From NCBI RefSeq assembly GCF_000315625.1, contig NW_005434622.1:138883-202882 (forward strand): a stretch of 64,000 bases of DNA. Direction: 5' to 3'. The notes beneath the pieces were generated by a model that was not told where the DNA came from, ran no database searches, and saw nothing but the letters and a program-made list of their open reading frames with translations. Position 1 is the stretch's first letter. Each line of letters begins with the position of its first letter. This stretch comes from Guillardia theta CCMP2712. Its lineage: Eukaryota; Protista; Cryptophyta. The position numbers were made by a program, and so were the translations under genes. Shown here one piece after another: positions 51,396-64,000 of the stretch.

Positions 51396-52656
51396 CTGAC
51401 CACAGTGCTGTCCGCCAGGATGGCACAACAAACACCACGCTGGAAGGTCTTGAAGCGATATGGAGCAGGATTCGCGCTCGGTCCTGCTCAGCAGGAGGTA
51501 GACGATGATTACCTTCGATTTGTGTCAGAGACGGTAAGATCCTCACAAGAGGACAATTGCTAACAATTTGCTATCTTTGGTCGGATTGAGTTCTTTGCCA
51601 GCTACTTGCAGACATAAGGCGTTTGAGCATAAGGGCGCAACCTCAAATTTCGTTGAGACTGGAGTCAAAAAACGTTGGGGATGAAGGAGTCATATGCGTC
51701 CTGAATGCCCTTCACAAGGTTGAAACCAGAAAGATTGAGGAGGGAAGGGGTTAGAGCAGTGGGATGATGGGATAGATGGGAAAGCAAGGGATGAGGAGAG
51801 CGTAAAAGAACCAAGGGATGAGGAGAAGCACACAACTGGAGGAAAGAAACGAGAGGAAGAAGAGGGTGGGGGAGAAGAAAAGGGGGGAACAGAGAGCTGA
51901 AAAAGAGATGAAACGGAGACTCAACTGCTTTTTCAGGTTGTACAAGCAAGAGTTGCTGTAGTTGTAAACCTCTACCTCTTTAAGAACAACCTTACCGATG
52001 CTGTTATGCCTCACGTGCCTCTTTTCCTTCCTTCTCTTCCTCTTGCTTACGTTTGCCCCGCTGTAGATCAGAAGCTTCGTCATTAGCTGCAAGGGATCAG
52101 TCCGCGAGCTGCACCTCTCTCACAACCGGATCCATCGGGAAGGCTTCGAGATGCTTTTCCAGCAATCTGATGAGGTTCTGTATGCTCCTCCTGCCCCCGC
52201 TCCTACTCGTGTTCGTGCTCCCGCTTCTAACGCCGCTGCTACTGTTGCTGCTCCCGGCATTGCTCCTGGCATTGCTCCTGGCATTGCTCCTGGCATTGCT
52301 CCTGCTTCTTTACGCTTCGACTATCCTCTGCTTCCTTCTTTCATGCTCATCATCCATCAATCTTATGATTCAGCAGCACTTGCCCCACCTCTACCCTGTC
52401 AAGACCAAGGACGGTTTCCACCCCCTCTTTGTCCGCCTCGAGCAGAATCCGATCGACCTACGAGCCCTCCATCTCTCTGCGGACAAGTTTCTGACGCAGA
52501 CAAGAGAAGTCTTGCTACAAGGGAGTCGCGGTTTCTCCTACCAGTGCCCTCCCTTTCATGTTCCATTCTATCTCAACTCTCCTGCCTCCACTATCGCCAA
52601 ATCTGCCCCTGTCCCTGCCACTCTCTCTGCTCCTGTTTCTAAAGCTGTTTCACCTG

Positions 52657-52702
<46 letters not shown>

Positions 52703-53290
52703 TGCTCCTGTTCGTGCTGCTGCTCCTACTGCACCTGTACCTGCACCTACTCCTGCTCGAACCCTTGCTCCTGATCCTACTTCGTCTACTCTTCCTCAAC
52801 CTCCTTTTTCCTCTGCTGCTGCTCCTTCAGGCAACGATCATGACCCTCAGACGTATGTACATGATTCCTATGGTGCCATGCAACATGATCATCTCAGATT
52901 TCAATATCCTCCCGACTTTCTACAAACTCATCATCGTCAGGATTTTCAAAATAATCACGATCTTCAACTTAATCAGGATCTTCAACATGGTCAACACTAT
53001 CAATACTCTCAGGACCTTCCACAATATTCTCAGGATTTTTATCAATTTCATCAGGATCTTCAACATGGTCAACACTATCAATACTCTCAGGACCTCATCT
53101 TAGTCTACCATGTCAATATCTTCAATATCCTGGGTCACTTGGAAGTTCGCTGTCTGCTCAATTTGCAACCTTGCTCGTTCTGATTCCTATGCACCCTTCT
53201 CTGCTTCAAACTGCGTACAATCATGCAAACAGACAGCAATTGGACAGGGACAGCCACCATACAGAGCCAAAAATGCACACAAGTTCACGT
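51396..53290 (+). CDS. Leucine-rich-repeat (RNI-like) protein, multi-exon with low-complexity introns
   Basis: Exon pieces LRLESKNVGDEGV, LYLFKNNLTD, VRELHLSHNRI, PLFVRLEQNPID; boundaries approximate. Confidence 0.5.
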
Positions 53291-53919
53291 CCAGTGGTTG
53301 TTAGCAGGAAAGAGAGAATGGAGGACGAGGCACGGGTCGTGTTAGTAAAACAGAAGGGCGTGAGGGAGGAAGAGGAGAGGGAAGGAAAGGGACAAGATTG
53401 CGAAATGGAGCAAAGAAAAGATGAAGGGATGGACCCATGGCTAAGAAATGAAGTGGAAGCTAGGAAAGCAGAGGAAGGCCCTGAGAAGGCCAAAGAAATT
53501 CATCACGACAACATCTTGGTCATTAGCCAGAAGCGCATACCGGACACGGATACCTTGACGTCTCAACAACTGGTATGCTGCACGATGCTGCTGCTGCTGC
53601 TGCTGCTGCTGATCATGATCATGATGACAACCACGACCATGGTAGTGGTGATGATGATGACGATAATGACAATGTTGATGAGGATGGTGATTGCAATCAT
53701 GACAGCCGCTTTCGAGCCATCATACGTCATTTGACCATCATACCCCAGTTGACTACGAAGATGTAAGGGTTTGATGTCTTTTCTTGTTTGCTCGAAGCCG
53801 TTGTTGCTATCCGATGACTTTGTGAGGGAAGGGAACTGAAGTTGAATCAAACGGATACTTCATCTCTGAGAGACACCAACACAAGGTATTCAGCCTCCCA
53901 CTTGCAACCTCTGACCTGA

Positions 53920-56180
53920 TGCAGTACTTGCTCAACATCGCATTTGTTGGTGAGGGATTTCATGGAATGCAGAAAAACACCAAAACAACAGTTCAGTCAA
54001 CCCTGGAAGATGTCCTGTGAGAAAGACCAGCTCTTCTTCTTTCTCTCCCTCAGCTCTTCCAACACCTGCTATGCTCTCTTCTACCCGCGCTTGTCGGACA
54101 AGCTGATGTAAGTGACTGGCGTGCAGGATGGCGATGGGGGCAGCGTTGAAGCAGAATCTCGAGGACTGGATTGGTTTCGGGACCTCCAGCAGGACCGACA
54201 AGGGAGTTCACGCCGCTCAGTTGCTGGTCAGTAAACATCCGGAGGGGCCCGTTGCTGGGAGCAGCGCAGCTCTTTTCCACTGGGAACTTGCTCGTGATGT
54301 CACATGGCATCCGCTGCGTTCTTGCTGATCGGTCTTGATTGGTTTGTTGTTTTCACAGTGTTGTTTTTCCTGCAGGTCGTCGTAACTATGAAGAGTATCT
54401 ACCCAAATGGTCTCCGTCTCTTTCTTGAAGAATTAAACAGGTCAGTGAAGAGGGGAAAGGAGGGTTGGGGGAGGAGCAGTAAGGAAGAGTGGAAAGGAGG
54501 GGAGATGAGGGATGCGGAGGAGAGATTGGAGACTATACGACGGACCAGCAAAGTACAAAGGATAGGAAAGTGACCTGGGAAGGAAAGGGAGGGAAGGGCA
54601 TTGTAGAAGGAGAAGAGTGGAGAGGAGAGGAGAGGAGAGGAGTGGAGAGGAGAGGGGACGAGACGAGACGAGACGAGACGAGACGAGACGAGACTGTGAC
54701 AGTTCGAAGAACTGCTCACTTCTTATTCTTGCTTTCAGGCGTTTGAAGAATGGACAGCATCTAATTCGTGTCATAGACATCTTGGCTGTTCGGCCTGAGA
54801 GCAAGCTAAACGGAGACCTTGAAAATCGAGCCATACATTTTCCATGTTTTGTCGACAGGTGGAATGATGTCTGCATGACACTGATCCTCTTTCATGTCGT
54901 CTCACATCCTGTATCCACATGCTTCTGCTGCTGGGCCTACTTGCTCTCTTCCTCCCTTTTTCATAAAATTCTCCCATCTCTTCTTTCTGCACTTCTTGTA
55001 TCTCCCATTCGTTTTCCATTCCACTTCTCCCGTTCCTTGTTCACCGTTGCGCTGCATAACCTCGTGCTTCTGCCATGACCATGATGGAACAGCCGCGTGT
55101 ATCGTTACATCATCCCCTCGTTTGCCCTTGCGCATCAAGAAAAGGAGCAAGCAAGAAACGAGAACAAGATGAAATGGGAGATGGAAAGATTCCGTCTGTC
55201 ATCCGAGCAGCAGCACCGAGCTGAGAGTGTACGTGATGTCAAGTTTGATCATACTCGTCTTTTCCGTTTGTGTCACTCACGCTCTCGTCTCTCTTGTTGT
55301 ATTGTCTGCTTCCCCCGATTATGTTACATGTCATTCTTTGCTTCCACCTTCCGCTCATTGTCTGGCACTTGCATGATTTTCTGCGATCTCTGAACCTCTT
55401 GACCCTCAGATTCTCTCTGTTTTCAGGTACTGCAGGCATTTCAGCGCACAGCTGACTTTGAAGCATTCACGGACATCAAAGACTGCAAGGTTCAGACCTT
55501 TCCGTTGGATGGATCCTCAGCCAATTTGTTTGTTCACCAGGCCAAAATGATGAGAGAAGTAAGATCCTTTGTGATCAAGACTCTGGAGATCTACAAAAAG
55601 ATTCAGTTTGCCGTGATAGAGATTGAGGTCAAGTGACGTTTGTCCGATCATCGTTGAGGCTTCAATCCCACTCATTGGTTTCTTCCTTAGGGAACTGCTT
55701 TCCTTCACCATCAGATCCGCAACATGGTTGGTCTAGCCATTCTCGTCATTCAAGCAGGAACTCCCTTTTTATTATCACCACCAACTCTTCGTTCTCCTCC
55801 TCGCCCTCCTCCTCATATGAATCTTCTCCTCCTTCTACCTCTTCCTCCTTCTGCCCTCCTGCCTGCTTTTTTTCCTCCTCTACATCTCCTCCTGATCTTG
55901 TAGTTGCGCTCCCGTGCACTTGTTCCGTCTCTGCTCTTCTCCTCGATTTGTATTTGACGAGCAGCAGATCTTTCGATTTCAGAGAGTGTCGACCGCATTC
56001 TGAACAAGCTTCCAATAGCTGGCCATGTAACAACAAAATTCCTCCTCCCATCCATCTGAATTTTCTCACCATGCTTTTGCCCCCTCGTCCTCATCCTCAC
56101 ATTCTTACAGGAGAAAGTCTCCAACTTTCGCATTGCACCTGCCGAGGGTCTTTTCCTCAAACGTCAAAACTACAAGTGAG
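53920..56180 (+). CDS. truA: tRNA pseudouridine synthase, TruA/Pus1 family, multi-exon
   Basis: IAFVGEGFHGMQ..TVQSTLE; SSRTDKGVHA; DFEAFT; GTAFLHHQIRNMVG; IAPAEGLFL; true start and stop not resolved. Confidence 0.85.
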
Positions 56181-56553
56181 ATCACCTGAATATGCCTTCT
56201 ATCTCAACCCCTCCATGTCCTCCTCTCCTCCTTTCAATCCCTCCATCATCTGTTATCCCTCCTTGTGTCTCCTCCACTCCGCCGCTCTGCCTCCCTACCG
56301 CTCTGCCTTTCCTTCTCTTCTTCTTTTCGTTTCTTTTGTTCTTCTTGATCCTTGACATGCGTTAGCAGACACAAGCTAATCAATGATTTCCTCAACAAGT
56401 GTTCAGAGCAGGTGCCGATAATTTTATCCTGATATCTTCAATCATTTTTTATCCCTTTCTTCTCCAAGCTAATCAAAATGACTCGTTCATTCCATACACT
56501 CTCCATCGTATTCTTTTTTATTTCTCCGCTCTGACGATCGTTCTTTCATCTCC

Positions 56554-57003
56554 TCACTGTTTCCTCTTCCCTCGTCTCTGAGCTGTTCCCGTCAGAACCT
56601 TCAGTTTGAGGAGCAACACATCGTCCCTCACGTTTTCAGGCACTCCCTCGATCCCTTCATGAACTTCTTTCAAGGTCTCGACCTCTTTCCTACCCTTCTC
56701 TTGCCCTTGCTCTTGCTCTTGCTCTTGCTCTTGCTCTTGCTCTTGCTCTTGCTCTTGCTCTTGCTCTTGCTCTTGCTCTTGCTCTTGCTCTTGCTCTTGC
56801 TCTTCCTTCTCCTCTTCCTCAACCATTTCCCAGCCCAACCATTGGCTTCACATTTCTCATGATCTTGATTCCTCCCCAACGTGATTGCATGGTAGACACG
56901 CTCAACGATGCGGATGTTATCAACCGACTGAGAAGGAGATGCTGAACTTGCGGCAAACAAGGAGAATTGAATCTTTAAAGCTGGAGCATCGCTGGAGGAG
57001 CAT
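56554..57003 (-). CDS. Hypothetical small spliced protein
   Basis: Exon-like DNIRIVERVYHAITLGRNQD and VETLKEVHEGIEGVPENVRDDVLLLKLK separated by a microsatellite intron. Confidence 0.25.
56706..56802. repeat. (ttgctc)n microsatellite
   Basis: About 16 units. Confidence 0.95.
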
Positions 57004-57034
57004 GAAAAACAATTGCTGCGATGGTCTAGTCTGA

Positions 57035-57310
<276 letters not shown>

Positions 57311-57772
57311 TGAGAGGTCTGAATTATCCGGCGATCCTTACGATTTAAAAACACGAACCATGCAAGTAAAATTGCGCCGTACAAATGAAAGTCAAATGTC
57401 GTAGCACAGAAATATAAACCTCCTACAGCTCTTGTACCACTCCCATATTAAAATGTTTTAAAGACACAATTTCTAAAACCTTATAATGTTTTAAAGCCAG
57501 AATTTCTAAAAACTCTTGACAGCCATCAATCACATCCCTGACCCCGACCCCCGCCGTCCACCCGTTAAATCACCCCGTCCTATTCCCACTACCCTTCACA
57601 ATCAAAGAGTACCCCCAATTTTCGTATGAATTTAGAAGATTTTTACACCGGTTACATTACTACCCCTACCCACCATATTTACAAGAACCCGGTTCTCTTC
57701 AGCAACTCAAAGACATAGCTTTGTCCGCGGCATGGCTGGAGCTGGAGGGAAAGTCGTGGTGGGGTAGCGAAG

Positions 57773-60700
57773 ATGCAGATGCAGCGAAGGAAGCGATCGG
57801 TTGTTCTCTCCATCCTCCTTCTACTAGCTCATCTCGAGCCGTGTTGTGCTGTCCTTGACTCTGCACATGGTACACGTACTTCTCAGCCAAACAAGCCCAC
57901 GCCAATTTTTCGGTTCACCGAGTTCGAAGGCAGGGCCGGCGCGCACGTCAAGACAGGCTATCAAGTCTCTGTGCGAGATGCGAGCAGGATTAACCTTGAT
58001 GCTCCAGTCAACGTGATTCAAACTTACACAGCTCTGCAGTCGAGTGCAGGTAGCTCACCTTCCATATTTGCTCACAGTAACTTAGTGTGTCTGCTTCAGG
58101 TTCAAACCTTGGTCTTAACTTGTCTGTTACTGGCAACATTCTCTCTCTAGCCTTTGTAGGAAATGCCATGTTCAGCAGCAACGCAGCAGCTGGCAGAATC
58201 TTCTATCAGCCGACGAACAGCATACAAACGTACAGCGTTTCGGCAGACGCCACCCCTACGACTGCTGCATCCTCGGACATGGTCTGTTACTCTCTCGCCA
58301 ACACGCTCAAGTGCTACATCCTTGGATACACCGTGACAGGGATGAGCTGGAACGATGTTGCGTTGTACAGCCCCTGCTCCAAGGTTCAGTGCACAGCAGG
58401 GAATCCCATGTCCCTGTGGAGGTCAGTGATAGCATACAGCGGTACCACGCCGACGGGACGGCGCTATGTCCAGGTATCAGCAGCTAAGAGCTCCCAAGGG
58501 TCGTACTCCATCTCTTGTCTCGGAGGTTGTGGATATTCCACAGACGTCATGACAAGCTCGGACCCTACCTTCGGGACGTCTGTCGCCCTCTCTGAGAACT
58601 TTCTTGCTATCGGTTGCCCCGGGAACAACTACGTGCGAGTGCTGAAAGCGAGTGGAACTCTTGTTCCTACAGATCCTTACAGCTCGTTCACGCTCTGGAC
58701 CTTGTTCAACACTTTTGTTGGCAGTGCAAATCAAAACTTTGGTCAACAGTTGTCAATCAGCAGCACTTTCCTCATTGTGGGAGCTCCCGGGACCTTCTTC
58801 TCAAAAGGTGCTATTACAGTGTACAGAGTGGATGGATCGACAAACGTTTCGAAATTCTGCGAGATAACAGACTCACACGTCGGCAGTCTTTTCGGGTTCT
58901 CAATCGCACAAACTTCTTCGAGCAATGGCCTGACATTTGCTGTCATCGGCGCGCCAGGGTCGAATCTCGCACATGTGGTTGCTCTCAGGCAATTTCCCTA
59001 CACGTGCGAAGTAAGGAATACTTTGTCTCCTGACAGCTCTGACTTCCTGGTGAATGATCAATTCGGCTATTCAGTTGCCATCAACAGTCAGTCGATTTAT
59101 GTTGGATCGCCATACTACGCACGGTATTTCAACCCAGGCATCTCAGGACTCCTTTACATCTTCTCGTATTGCAATCCAGGGAGCGCTATCCCTCCTTTCT
59201 ATCGCGATTGCTCTGCCTGCCCTGTCGGCCAGACATCCAACGGCGGAGCCTCGTCCTGCATCACATGTACACTTCCCCTCCCTCAGCATGCGACCTACGG
59301 TGCTGGCTGCACCACCATCTGCGATCCTGGATACTTTGGATCCAGTTGCTTGCCTTGTTCGCAGTACGCTCCTGCCCAAGGCATGACCAACCCCCTGAAG
59401 TCCTCGTGGGTTGACAATCAGCCTACGTGCACTTGGCAATGCAACGCAGGTTATCAGCGAGTCAATGACGACGGTTGCGCGCAGTGCCAGAACGATATTC
59501 AATTCAACCAGTTGTCAAACGTGGAGTGGATACCCGGAACCTGCTCATGGCGGTGCAAGGCCACCTACTTCAGTGTCAATCAGACTCAAAACTTCCTTGA
59601 CTGCAAATTGTGTTCGCAGTACAAGGCTGCTCTAGGTCAGCCACCCCCTGCCAATGCGGAATGGCTGGACCGCTTCAACGAATGCAAGTATGTTCCGCTC
59701 CCTGGATACTCATGTCAGTCAGGAACATGCACAGCATGTTCGAATTCGAAGCCGCAGCATTCTCACTGGCTCACTGTGAATGATCGCTACTCCTCGCCGA
59801 GCCAGTCAGTCACGATCACTTCTCTTTGTGAATACGCTTGCGACCAAACCTTCTTTATCGCTCCGACTTCGCCGCCCACCTGCGTACCATGTGACGTCTA
59901 CATGAGCAATTTCAGCGATGCGACTTTGCCCGCCCATGGCCTCTGGCAGGCTTCTACTGCCGTGTGCACCAGTGACTCGTGGATGTGCACGGCAGGTTAC
60001 AGCCGCAGCAACACAAGCCGCTACTGCTGTCCGAACGCCGTCAACCATTCCGTAGTGAACCAGAGCTATTCTCCCTGCGGCGTCTCTTGCGAGTATGGGT
60101 ATCGATGGAGCAACGAGCTGGCTTCATGTCTCCAGTGCAATACCAACATGACGGAGGGAACATTCAGATGGTTGTTGGATTGCGACTTCGAATGCTTCTG
60201 CAATGATACTGTTTGCTATCATGGCAAAGAGACTCTCGGTGCATGTTACACCTGCCAGGAGTATTCACAAAAGGTCGGATTGGTTCCTCCACTGTACGGG
60301 GAGTATCCGGTGTATTCCAATACTTGTCGCGTTGATGATTGGCAGTGCAAGAATGACACTTTCAGCAAGTCGCTGGTGGCTACGCCTCCTGGATGCTGCC
60401 TGAAGTCGACTCCCAACGCCGTAGCGAATCTTTCCAGCCCAGCCACGTGTAACTTGGATTGTGAGCCCGGGTACAGGTGGGATCCTACCAGGAAGCAATG
60501 CTTCTACTGTGGGATTCCCTTCCCAAGATCTGCACACATGCTCTGGTCGTCGTTGACCTGCTCCTGGCTGTGTGAGCTCGGATATATGAAAGTTGACGGA
60601 TCTGCAGGTCGATTTCAATGTGTCAATTGTCCGACCCATGCAGTTTCCAATTCCTGGCAGCTACCTAGCCTCGCGTATTGGGTCAACTCAACCACTCTGG

Positions 60701-63700
60701 AGCAGCAAGGTGCCATCTGCTCGACCAATGCCTGGCAGTGTGCCGATGGCTACCTCAAGAATGCCCCGGCGAAACTTTGCTGTCAGAACTTGAGTCTGCC
60801 CTACTCCACGGGCGTTGGAGGCCTCAGTACAACGAGTTGTGACTGGACCTGCAACGCCGGGTTGTTTCCTCCGCGTCTTGCCGACATCAACCCTGCGTGC
60901 AACCTGTGCGGCTGCACTTGCGAGCAGTATCTTCAGTCATATGGCTTCACCTCCCCCTGTCCCATCCAGTACAGCTTCATCGGAGGCTGGTGCGATGGGA
61001 TGCAAATCACCCCCAGCCCCGCCGCCTGCTCCGTGTCAGTCCAGGCCTCTTTCGTGCTCACTGGAATCAGCCTCGAGACTTTCTACCTTCCCTCGACTGT
61101 TTCGGCGGTTCTCAACGCCCTGGGAGGTGACTGACCGCGTTTGACACGTCTACATGTGCTGATGTCACTCGCCAGGCTTGTCGGGGATCTCCTCCGTGCC
61201 CAGCCTCACCTACTCCTCCTCCATCAGCACCCGACGGGCAGCGGCTGACACTGTGTACATCGGGGTCACCTACCTCAATGTGAATCCAGCTGTTGGCCAG
61301 CAGTACACCCTGAGGGTAAACACTGACGGAAGTCGAGCTGTCCGCAGCGCCCTCTTCTCCAAGGGTTATGATGTGCAGGTACGGGATGAGACGAGGGGAG
61401 GAAGGGGAGCGCGGAGGAGGAAGGAAAGAGTGAGGGAGAGGAGGGAGAGGAGGAGAGGAGGGAGAGGTGGAGAGAGGAGGAGAGGAGGGAGAGGTGGAGA
61501 GAGGAGGACGCTGACAGAGGAAACAGGTTGTGATGAAGGGAGATTCGTCGGTGTTTGTCTCAGGCGCCTCAATCTCCTGCAGGTTGGATCGACGTTGGTG
61601 TTTTTCTCATGTCTCATCGAATGATACAGAGCTGGGTACATCTACAATCAAGCGACAGGGAAATGCTGCAGATTTACGTTATTTCTAGACCCTTCAAATG
61701 TCTGCATCAAAGATCAAAGCAAACTAGGTTGACACGTGCTCTTGGTCAGATTGCATCGGAAAGATATATCTGGTCAGCCAACGGCTGCGATTGGAGTTGT
61801 GCTCCGAAATACTATGTATGGAGGGGATGAGGTGTGCTCGTGAACTGACGTGATGGTATTAGGGACAGAACTGCCTGACGTAACAAGTCGAACATAACAT
61901 CGCTGTGTTTGTTGAACGAATGTGCAGATGTCAGGAGTACAAGAGTACAACGTACAAGCCAAGCTTCTCGGTGTGGGACAACAACAGCCCAACGTAAATC
62001 CCCCACATCTCTCCTCGTTCAACGTTGTTCCTCCCTCACTTGACCTGCCAGGTGTCAATGGAAATGTATGGACGGCTACGTGCTGTCCCCCAGCGGCACA
62101 TCGTGTCTCTCTCTTGCCAACGTGACAAGGACGTGCGCGTCGCTCACCCGCTGCGCGAGCTGCACGACCAATGCAGCGTGCGTTTGGTGCTCAAACCAGT
62201 GCGTGCCGGGGGAGGTGAAGGAAGGAGCGAAACCTCGTGGTCGATGCTTGACTAGCCGACGAGCAGGCGAACTCTGCAGGGAATGGCTGCCCCTACGACG
62301 GAGTGACGCTCTCTTCGAACTGTACATGCGACAAGAAGACTTGTCCATATGAGGTCATGGCCCTGCTGCTCCTGTTGCTGCTCCTGCTGCTGCTCCTGTT
62401 GCTTCTCCTGCTGCTGCTGCTACTGCTGCTGCTGCTGCTGCTCATCTTCCTGCTCCTCCTCTTTCTCATACTCGCCACCTCTTCCTCCTCATGCTCCTGC
62501 CATGCGCAGCAAATGTCATCAATTTCTCTCTTCTCGTTACCCTGACTCTCTCGGCAGTGCCAGTACTCTTCTTGCAGCTCTTGCGTTCAAGACAACTTCT
62601 GCGGCTGGTGCTCGTCTGCCAGCAAGTGAGTTTCACTGTGGCTCCTGCTCCTCGCCCTCATCCTTGTTCTCTATGGGACCAGGTGCATGCCAGGTGACTA
62701 CTTCGCTCCGAGCGCCGGCATGGGAGCTTGTCCACTCGGGTGGAACGTCGGCCCATATGCTACATGCCAGCAGAGCAACAACATATGGCTGGTCGGCATA
62801 ATCTGCGCATCTGTAAGGAATTCTTCTTTCTCTCCCCCCCCTCCCCGCTCCTCCGCCCCCTCGTTCTTCTCCACCACCACCTCCTCTCCTCCTCCTCTCC
62901 TCCACCACCTCCTCTCTTTCTCCTCCATTTCCTGCGGTGACTGGCTCGACAGACGAGCACAGCGCTCATCGTGATCTTGTGCATTCACTTCATCCTCCGC
63001 ATCCGAGCCGCCGCCAACCGGCGGCCCCGCACTATGATCTTCCAGTACGGCGATCAGTCGGGAGGTGTGACGGTGAGTTTTCCCTATCAAAGAGGAAAGG
63101 AAGAAGCAGCTGACCCTGTTCATCGCAGGCGCGGGAGCAAGTTCAACGCTTCCTTGACACCTTCCCTACGTTCAAGTTCGATGTGAGGAGCTGCTGACTC
63201 GCTGATCATGGTGACATGCTCATGACTTGCTCCTCGCAGGAGAACAAGCTTCCCCCGTCTTTCTCAGCTTCACGATCATCCGAGGCAGAAGGTCAGACAG
63301 AAGGTCAGACAGACGGCCAGGACGAGGAGGACAACCGACCGACATGCTCGATATGCCTTGGCAACTTCTTCACCGGAGAAGACTGTCGCATGCTGCCTTG
63401 CCTACACGTCTTTCACAAGAACTGCATCGACCAGTGGCTCTCGATGAGGTGAGCGAAGGAACTGAATTGCTCGATTGATTGTTCGGCTCACAGTCAAGAA
63501 TGCCCCTTGTGCAAACGCTCCGTCATCAGCACAGACGAAGACAACACAACCGTACCACATGCTGTTGCCTGCTCGCTGCTGCTGACGTCTCTTCAGGCCG
63601 CTCGAGCCAACGCCTTTCTTGTTCTCCAGCAGATGCACTCAAGAGGACCTGAGGGAGAACAGCAGCGACCGACGTCGTCGTCCTCGGCCGCCATGCGAGC

Positions 63701-63827
63701 GGAGGAAGGGAACGTGCAGGGAGTGGTGGAGTGCAGGTGAGCTGGATGGTGCAAGAAGGAGAGGGGATGAAGAAACTGCAGGTATCAAGACGACAGCGAC
63801 GACGAATCAATCGATGTCGAAGTTTGA
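57773..63827 (+). CDS. Receptor-like transmembrane RING-H2 E3 ligase, paralog B
   Basis: Signal peptide [18 protein letters not shown]; 1015-codon ORF colinear with paralog A; PSI-like [20 protein letters not shown]; TM; RING exon identical in translation to A; stop TGA 63825-63827. Confidence 0.8.
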
Positions 63828-64000
63828 GCAAGAGGGGGTTGATCGAGATTTGTCAAGTGTTGTACAGTATGTGTTTTTCATACCCCCCTCCTCCTTGCAT
63901 TCATCACTCGATATCTCCACGTCCTCCATTTACCCTCCACTCTTTCCTCCTATCTCCTCTCCCGAAAGCATGTCGATTCCCTTCCTCGACCTTCCAACCC

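Noticed and set aside
52558-53103. Long poly-Leu/Ala/Gln ORFs here and at 21362-21643, 41265-42005, 50771-51377
   Set aside because: Low-complexity repeats lacking stop codons, mostly intronic

Overview
Eukaryotic nuclear DNA, gene-dense, with many short (~45-60 nt) GT-AG introns and microsatellite-swollen introns. The style (RWP-RK gene, BBS2, intron size) suggests a flagellated alga such as a cryptophyte (Guillardia-like); this is inference only. Recognisable genes: BBS2, CDC27/APC3, VPS29, a TruA-family pseudouridine synthase, an RWP-RK transcription factor, a DUF2786-type protein and a Cys/His zinc-repeat protein. Two candidate novel systems stand out. (1) Two paralogous giant receptor-like membrane E3 ligases (7.3-13.1 kb and 57.8-63.8 kb; signal peptide, FG-GAP propeller, Cys-rich repeats, PSI domains, TM helix, RING-H2) form a mosaic of near-identical and divergent blocks. 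(2) A ~12 kb rearranged cluster (23.9-35.8 kb) holds an orphan, probably mitochondrion-targeted two-exon gene family arranged as head-to-head palindromes. The two palindromes carry their variant cassettes in swapped positions between collinear outer flanks (flip-flop inversion plus arm-to-arm conversion) and are interleaved with a TIR element and a decayed RLE-type non-LTR retrotransposon. Exon boundaries were read by eye and several gene ends are approximate.
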